13,456 bases of DNA, taken from contig CAWEMM010000003.1 in the NCBI GenBank assembly GCA_963810095.1, forward strand, positions 1-13,456, in the 5' to 3' direction. A model generated the notes under the pieces. The model searched no databases. It saw only the letters and a list, made by a program, of their open reading frames with translations, and was not told the origin of the DNA. Made by a program: the position numbers and the translations under genes. The DNA comes from an uncultured Chloroflexia bacterium. Its GTDB lineage: Bacteria; Chloroflexota; Anaerolineae; CG2-30-64-16. The first letter of the stretch is position 1, and every line of letters begins with the position of its first letter. This document shows, piece after piece, positions 9,960 through 13,456 of the stretch.

Positions 9960-10169
9960 CTAACCGCTTGGCTGGCCGCCCGGTCGACTGTCGGGCGACG
10001 AGTTCTGGGTGGCCTGTTTTCTAGTCGCCTCGCCCGCAGCTTTTACCTTGGCCATTTGGAGCGCCATGGCGCCACCCGGCTTGCGAGCTGCCTGCTTGAG
10101 GCGCCGTTGATGCGTCCGCTCGCTCTTGGAAAGCCGTTTCGTCTTGGTCGTCACTCCTTGTTCTGCCAT
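9960..10169 (-). CDS. Small basic protein of unknown function, 69 aa
   Basis: AGGAG RBS. Paralog at 12020..12229 has the same length, with 38 of 41 residues identical over positions 8-48. Confidence 0.82.
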   Translation of the reverse strand: MAEQGVTTKTKRLSKSERTHQRRLKQAARKPGGAMALQMAKVKAAGEATRKQATQNSSPDSRPGGQPSG

Positions 10170-10171
10170 TG

Positions 10172-10405
10172 CTAGCGACTCCTGGGTAGGCGGGTGTACC
10201 TGGGGGAATGCCTTCCCCGGGTCAGGGCATATCTGTAGGGGGCTAGAGTTGCGTCAGCGGAGCCGCCCGGACTTGAGTAGCTGAAAGGACGCCTGCTGGC
10301 TTCCCTTCGAGGTGCCACTTCTGCCATTGATTGCACTAAGCACAACGGATGAGCGGCGAGCCCAACGTCCTGCTGCGGGCACGGTGAGACGCGTGTTGTC
10401 CACAT
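10172..10405 (-). CDS. Hypothetical 77-aa protein (SPCPQQD/HPLC/GRHSP motifs)
   Basis: AAGGAG RBS inside the last codons of the upstream ORF. Ungapped same-length paralog at 12232..12465 (44/77 identical by hand). Confidence 0.75.
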   Translation of the reverse strand: MWTTRVSPCPQQDVGLAAHPLCLVQSMAEVAPRREASRRPFSYSSPGGSADATLAPYRYALTRGRHSPRYTRLPRSR

Positions 10406-10409
10406 ACGA

Positions 10410-10553
10410 TTACTCCTTCGTCCAACGGGCGAGCCGGTTCAGGTAAGCCCGGACGCCCTTGGTGGCGATCTCCGAGTTGGCAGATCGATCAAGGACCGGT
10501 AGCAGGGCGAGAGCCAGGAGTGCCACTATGGCAATGATGAGGGGAATGTGCAT
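10410..10553 (-). CDS. 47-aa single-pass membrane microprotein MHIPLIIAIVALLALALLPVLDRSANSEIATKGVRAYLNRLARWTKE (not in ORF track)
   Basis: AGGAG 7 nt before the ATG and a hydrophobic stretch over residues 3-21. Same-length paralog at 12470..12613 (32/47 identical, conservative changes in the TM segment). Confidence 0.85.
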   Translation of the reverse strand: MHIPLIIAIVALLALALLPVLDRSANSEIATKGVRAYLNRLARWTKE

Positions 10554-10606
10554 GGTTATGCTCCTAAGTTCCGGCTACCATCTTGAACAGAAACGAAAAC
10601 GAGATC

Positions 10607-11119
10607 CTAGCGCGCGATTGGCATGACATCCGGCCGCATCACCGCGTCGGTGGCGACGACGATCATGTCCTCCCCGATGGTGAGCACCTTATCGCCAGGA
10701 ATCGTCAAGATTTCGCCAATGGTATTCATGGCTGGCGGGACAGACAACGACGTCAGGGCGAAGGTAATCGGGTCGAATTCGAAATCACGCACCTCGCCCA
10801 CGCGCTCGCCGCTCTCGGTGAGCACCTTGCTGCCGATGACCCCGCGCTTCGCCTTCACCAGGGCGAGGGCGTCGGGAGCGTCGGCGGGAGTGCGGGCGTC
10901 GGCTTCGGCATTGATCGTCACGGCATCTTCGCCCACGCCATGTATCGCCGCAGTCGGCACCCATAGGCGTTCGCCACCTATCATCCCTCCGCTATGGAGG
11001 CGCAGCCAGCTTACCGCCTTACGCTCCGGGTCAATGACCAGGTCGTCAATCTTGCCAATTTGCTTGCCCTCCGCCATCGTGATGACCGGCAAGCCCTTCA
11101 TATATTCATATCGCGCCAT
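10607..11119 (-). CDS. Tandem PRC-barrel domain protein, 170 aa
   Basis: Two PRC-barrel repeats: KGLPVITMAEGKQIGKIDDLVIDP...IHGVGEDAVTI and IGSKVLTESGERVGEVRDFEFDP...IGEDMIVV. RBS AAGGAG. Confidence 0.9.
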   Translation of the reverse strand: MARYEYMKGLPVITMAEGKQIGKIDDLVIDPERKAVSWLRLHSGGMIGGERLWVPTAAIHGVGEDAVTINAEADARTPADAPDALALVKAKRGVIGSKVLTESGERVGEVRDFEFDPITFALTSLSVPPAMNTIGEILTIPGDKVLTIGEDMIVVATDAVMRPDVMPIAR

Positions 11120-11179
11120 ATTTGACTCCTTACCTCAGCTCACTTGGGACCCTGAAGGATCCCCTTTCTTGCCATTCGT

Positions 11180-11208
11180 AGCATAACCGAACGGCGCCGC
11201 GCTGTCGT
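11180..11208 (-). promoter_or_regulatory. Putative sigma70-type promoter ACGACA-N17-TATGCT
   Basis: Both hexamers and the 17-nt spacing are identical at 13246..13274 while the spacer sequence diverges. The -10 lies ~60 nt upstream of the PRC-barrel start. Confidence 0.6.
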
Positions 11209-11220
11209 CAGCGCAAGCGC

Positions 11221-11278
11221 TATGCGTTTCCATACAAAGGAGCCGTCCTTCAGGACGGCTCGTACACCTTTTGTCGTA
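11221..11278. promoter_or_regulatory. Phased 7-2-7 inverted repeats upstream of the promoter (candidate NarL/DosR-type operator array)
   Basis: TACACCT-TT-TGTCGTA (11263-11278), perfect inverted repeat GAGCCGTCCT-TC-AGGACGGCTC (11240-11261) and a weaker TATG-N6-CATA (11221-11234). Centres are ~20-23 bp apart. Confidence 0.45.
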
Positions 11279-11385
11279 CGCCGTTTGGGGGCGCCCCTTG
11301 ACACTGCATGTGAAGCAGCTGCCCCTGACGGCCCACGCTGGAGCCGAGCACGCAAGCTACTGGCGCCAACAGGGGCAGAGGATGA

Positions 11386-11409
11386 AGAGGGGCGGTGACC
11401 CGCCCCTCT
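11386..11409 (-). terminator. Terminator-like hairpin at the duplication junction
   Basis: Perfect 10-bp stem AGAGGGGCGG / CCGCCCCTCT with a 4-nt loop, followed on the minus strand by a pyrimidine-rich but weak U-tract (TCATCCTCT). Confidence 0.5.
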
Positions 11410-11418
11410 CGGGCACAT

Positions 11419-11577
11419 GTTCTGCCGGGTATAGCCGTATTTATCCTGCAAGGCGTCTGCCAACCGCTCTGCGTGTCCGCCGATCCGTTCCAGATCCTCA
11501 TCGGTGAGCTTGCCCCACCATTTTCTGCTCTGTTCACACACCAGGCGCCATGTAGCCTCATCAATGTCGTTGTTCAT
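11419..11577 (-). pseudogene. CsbD-family copy truncated at the duplication junction. The frame runs on through non-coding DNA to a stop at 11140
   Basis: MNNDIDEATWRLVCEQSRKWWGKLTDEDLERIGGHAERLADALQDKYGYTRQN matches 9295..9516 up to YTRQN. The last 20 residues are replaced by translation of the hairpin/promoter region. Confidence 0.75.
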
Positions 11578-11585
11578 GTCTTGTC

Positions 11586-11983
11586 TCAAGGCTTCGGGAA
11601 GTGCTGGCGAACTTTCGCCACGATCTGGCGCTCTGTCATTTTGTCCGTGGTTTCAACGTCAACGATTCGCCCACTAAGTCCCTCGTCGCGAGCCGCTGTT
11701 GAAGCTCACCCTTTGCCTCACCAGGACCAAAGATCAAAATAGCGTCCGCCTCTCGTATGAGCGCGATGACCCTGTCGTAGTACCGGCTGAGCTGGTTTTC
11801 AAAGCGCCTGTCTTGTTGATCCTCTTCCAATGAGGTCCCGGGTCCATCGGACCGCGCGCCCCCCGAGTACCGGACATGCTTTTCCATGTCCGACGTGATA
11901 TGTTCGGTCTTCTCTTCGTCTCCGGAGAGCATGACGATGCTGGCCTGGCTATGATCAATCCACAAACCCGCTGCGCTCTTCAT
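11586..11983 (-). CDS. Second eRF1 domain-2-like protein with a 1-nt deletion at ~11688
   Basis: About 80% identical to 9513..9923 up to ELQQRL. Adding one base restores EGLSGRIVDVETTDKMTERQIVAKVRQHFPKP* with the stop at 11586. Confidence 0.78.
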
Positions 11984-12019
11984 AGACTTGTGCTCCTTCG
12001 CGGAGGCTGGCTTCGCGGC

Positions 12020-12229
12020 TTATTCGTTCGACTCGCCGGCCGGTGTTAGGTTGGCGGCCTTCTCCTTCTCCCTCTTATCCTTCGACGCCTCGCCCGCAGC
12101 CTTTACCTTGGCCATCTGAAGGGCCATTGCGCCGCCGGGTTTTCGCCCTGCCTGCTTGAGCCGCCGTAGGTGCGTCCGCTCGCTCTTCGAAGCGCGCTTC
12201 GTCTTGGTCCTCTTGACTTCTTCTGCCAT
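12020..12229 (-). CDS. Small basic protein of unknown function, 69 aa (paralog of 9960..10169)
   Basis: AAGGAG RBS and conserved core TKTKR.SKSERTH.RRLKQA.RKPGGAMALQMAKVKAAGEA. Confidence 0.82.
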   Translation of the reverse strand: MAEEVKRTKTKRASKSERTHLRRLKQAGRKPGGAMALQMAKVKAAGEASKDKREKEKAANLTPAGESNE

Positions 12230-12231
12230 GA

Positions 12232-12465
12232 TCAGGAACTCCTTATTCTGTTGGTGTACTTTGGAGAATGCCTTCCCCCGTGCAGGACATAACTGAACGG
12301 GGTCTGGGTGTCGCCGGTGCTAAGGCCGGGTGTTGAGTAACTGGGAGGACGCCCGAAGGCTCGCCTTACGGGCGCCCTCTCAGTTATTAGTTGCATGAGG
12401 CACAGCGGATGGGTCGCGAGGCCGGCGTCCTGCTGTGGGCACGGTGAGATGTGCGTTGCGCACAT
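12232..12465 (-). CDS. Hypothetical 77-aa protein (paralog of 10172..10405)
   Basis: Start corrected to the ATG at 12465 (MCATHISPCPQQD) because it has an AAGGAG RBS and matches the paralog start. Confidence 0.75.
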   Translation of the reverse strand: MCATHISPCPQQDAGLATHPLCLMQLITERAPVRRAFGRPPSYSTPGLSTGDTQTPFSYVLHGGRHSPKYTNRIRSS

Positions 12466-12469
12466 ATGA

Positions 12470-12613
12470 TTACTCCTTCGCCCAACGGGCGATGCGGGCG
12501 GCGTAAGCGCGAATGCCCTTGGCGTCGGTTTCCGTGCTGAACGATCGATCAAGCACGGGCAACAGGGCGAAAGCCAGGACTGCTAGAACGGCAATGATGA
12601 GGGGAATGTGCAT
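12470..12613 (-). CDS. 47-aa membrane microprotein MHIPLIIAVLAVLAFALLPVLDRSFSTETDAKGIRAYAARIARWAKE (not in ORF track)
   Basis: AGGAG RBS, 48 codons including TAA, paralog of 10410..10553. Confidence 0.85.
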   Translation of the reverse strand: MHIPLIIAVLAVLAFALLPVLDRSFSTETDAKGIRAYAARIARWAKE

Positions 12614-12666
12614 GGTTATGCTCCTACGCTCCGGCAATGGTCCTAAATCACAACGATGGTCAGATC

Positions 12667-13185
12667 CTACTGCGCGACTCCCATGACCCCCGGCCGCATC
12701 GCAGAGTCGGCAGCCACAACGATCATGTCCTCCCCGATGGTGAGCACCTTATCGCCGGCGATTGTCCGAATCTCGCCCACGGTGTTCATGGCCGGGGGGA
12801 CAGACAGGGAGGTCAGGGCGAAGGTAATTGGGTCGAATTCATAATCACGCACCTCGCCCACGTGCTCCCCGTTCTCGGTCAGCACCTTGCTACCGATAAC
12901 CCCGCGCTTGGCTTTCACCAGGGCGACGGCTTCGGGAGCGTCCGCGGGAGTCCGGGCGTCGGCCTCTGCATCGATCGTAACGGCGTCGTCACCCACGCCA
13001 TGTATGGCTGCAGTCGATACCCACAGCCGTTCGCCACCTAGCATCCCCATGCCTCCGCTACGAAGGCGCAGCCAGCCGACCGCCTTGCGCTCAGGGTCAA
13101 TGACCAGATCGTCGATCTTACCGATTTGCTTGCCCTCCGCCATCGTGATGACGGGCAAACCCTTTATGAATTCGTAGCGCGCCAT
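12667..13185 (-). CDS. Tandem PRC-barrel domain protein, 172 aa
   Basis: About 86% identical to 10607..11119 (23 substitutions and a 2-aa indel by hand count). AGGAG RBS. Confidence 0.9.
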   Translation of the reverse strand: MARYEFIKGLPVITMAEGKQIGKIDDLVIDPERKAVGWLRLRSGGMGMLGGERLWVSTAAIHGVGDDAVTIDAEADARTPADAPEAVALVKAKRGVIGSKVLTENGEHVGEVRDYEFDPITFALTSLSVPPAMNTVGEIRTIAGDKVLTIGEDMIVVAADSAMRPGVMGVAQ

Positions 13186-13245
13186 GTTTCACTCCTGTAT
13201 CTCGGTTCCTCTGGGGCCCAGAAGATGGGCTTCCTTGCCATTCTT

Positions 13246-13274
13246 AGCATAGCGGAATGAGAGCGTCCTGTCGT
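13246..13274 (-). promoter_or_regulatory. Putative sigma70-type promoter ACGACA-N17-TATGCT (upstream copy)
   Basis: Same hexamers and spacing as 11180..11208. Confidence 0.6.
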
Positions 13275-13286
13275 CAGCGCAAACGC

Positions 13287-13344
13287 TACGCTTTTCGCAG
13301 CAAAAGGGTCGACCTTTCGGGTGGCGCCTACAGCTTTTGTTGTA
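13287..13344. promoter_or_regulatory. Candidate operator array, upstream copy
   Basis: TACAGCT-TT-TGTTGTA (13329-13344, near-perfect inverted repeat) at the same distance from the promoter as in the other copy. More degenerate TCGACCT-TT-CGGGTGG (13309-13324) and TACGCTT-TT-CGCAGCA (13287-13302). Confidence 0.42.
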
Positions 13345-13456
13345 TGCTGTTTCGGGGCTCCGTAACAGCCCGCTGGAAACAGCCACGCTTGGTCGCTCAC
13401 GCTGAAGCCGGGCGCGGGAGGGCTATTGGCGCCAGCAAAGGCAGAAGATGAAGAGG

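Larger units (their letters stand above)
9358..11390. repeat. Tandem duplication, downstream copy (~2.06 kb unit)
   Basis: Colinear similarity to 11419..13456 at an offset of 2060-2066 nt across all genes and intergenic regions. Similarity starts at GTTCTGCCGGGTATAGCCGTAT (9358 vs 11419) and continues to GATGAAGAGG (11390 vs 13456). Confidence 0.95.
11419..13456. repeat. Tandem duplication, upstream copy (continues past the right edge)
   Basis: Same gene order and intergenic motifs as 9358..11390. Confidence 0.95.

Noticed and set aside
11357-11390. Frame ending LFI.C.CWRQ-stop in both copies (also 13422..13456), a possible 3' end of an upstream gene
   Set aside because: Only ~10 codons, it overlaps the hairpin, and no start or RBS is visible. 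Sequence beyond the window is needed.
11140-11589. 149-aa track ORF as a genuine extended CsbD protein
   Set aside because: The C-terminal ~90 aa are the translation of promoter DNA that is homologous to non-coding 13200-13456.
10583-13177. Plus-strand ORF pairs that look conserved between copies (10583..10966 / 12637..13041 and 10623..11186 / 12887..13177)
   Set aside because: Their similarity is a by-product of the duplicated PRC-barrel gene on the opposite strand, and their starts and stops are not conserved.
1-13456. CRISPR arrays, tRNA/rRNA genes, transposases, integrases or terminal inverted repeats at the duplication junction
   Set aside because: None seen. The only long repeat is the diverged tandem duplication.

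Overview
GC-rich bacterial DNA in which every credible gene lies on the minus strand, forming what looks like one stress/dormancy locus. In transcription order (right to left) there is a diverged ~2.06 kb tandem duplication (11419-13456+ and 9358-11390) of a six-gene cassette. The cassette comprises a tandem PRC-barrel protein, a 47-aa membrane microprotein absent from the ORF track, a 77-aa CPQQD/HPLC/GRHSP protein, a 69-aa basic protein, a stand-alone eRF1 domain-2-like protein lacking the GGQ glutamine, and CsbD. Each copy has its own conserved sigma70-type promoter and phased 7-2-7 inverted repeats. Downstream lie a stand-alone NarL-type receiver domain, a 100-aa hypothetical protein, an extra ftsH, a tandem universal stress protein and a cyclic beta-1,2-glucan synthase (GT84 + cyclisation domain + GH94) that runs off the left edge. 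Seven apparent frameshifts (five in the glucan synthase, one in ftsH, one in an eRF1-like copy) look more like read/assembly indels than decay, but this cannot be settled from the sequence alone. The best candidate for an undescribed system is the duplicated small-protein cassette, hypothesised here to be a ribosome-hibernation or dormancy module. All alignments and identity counts were done by eye and no database was searched.
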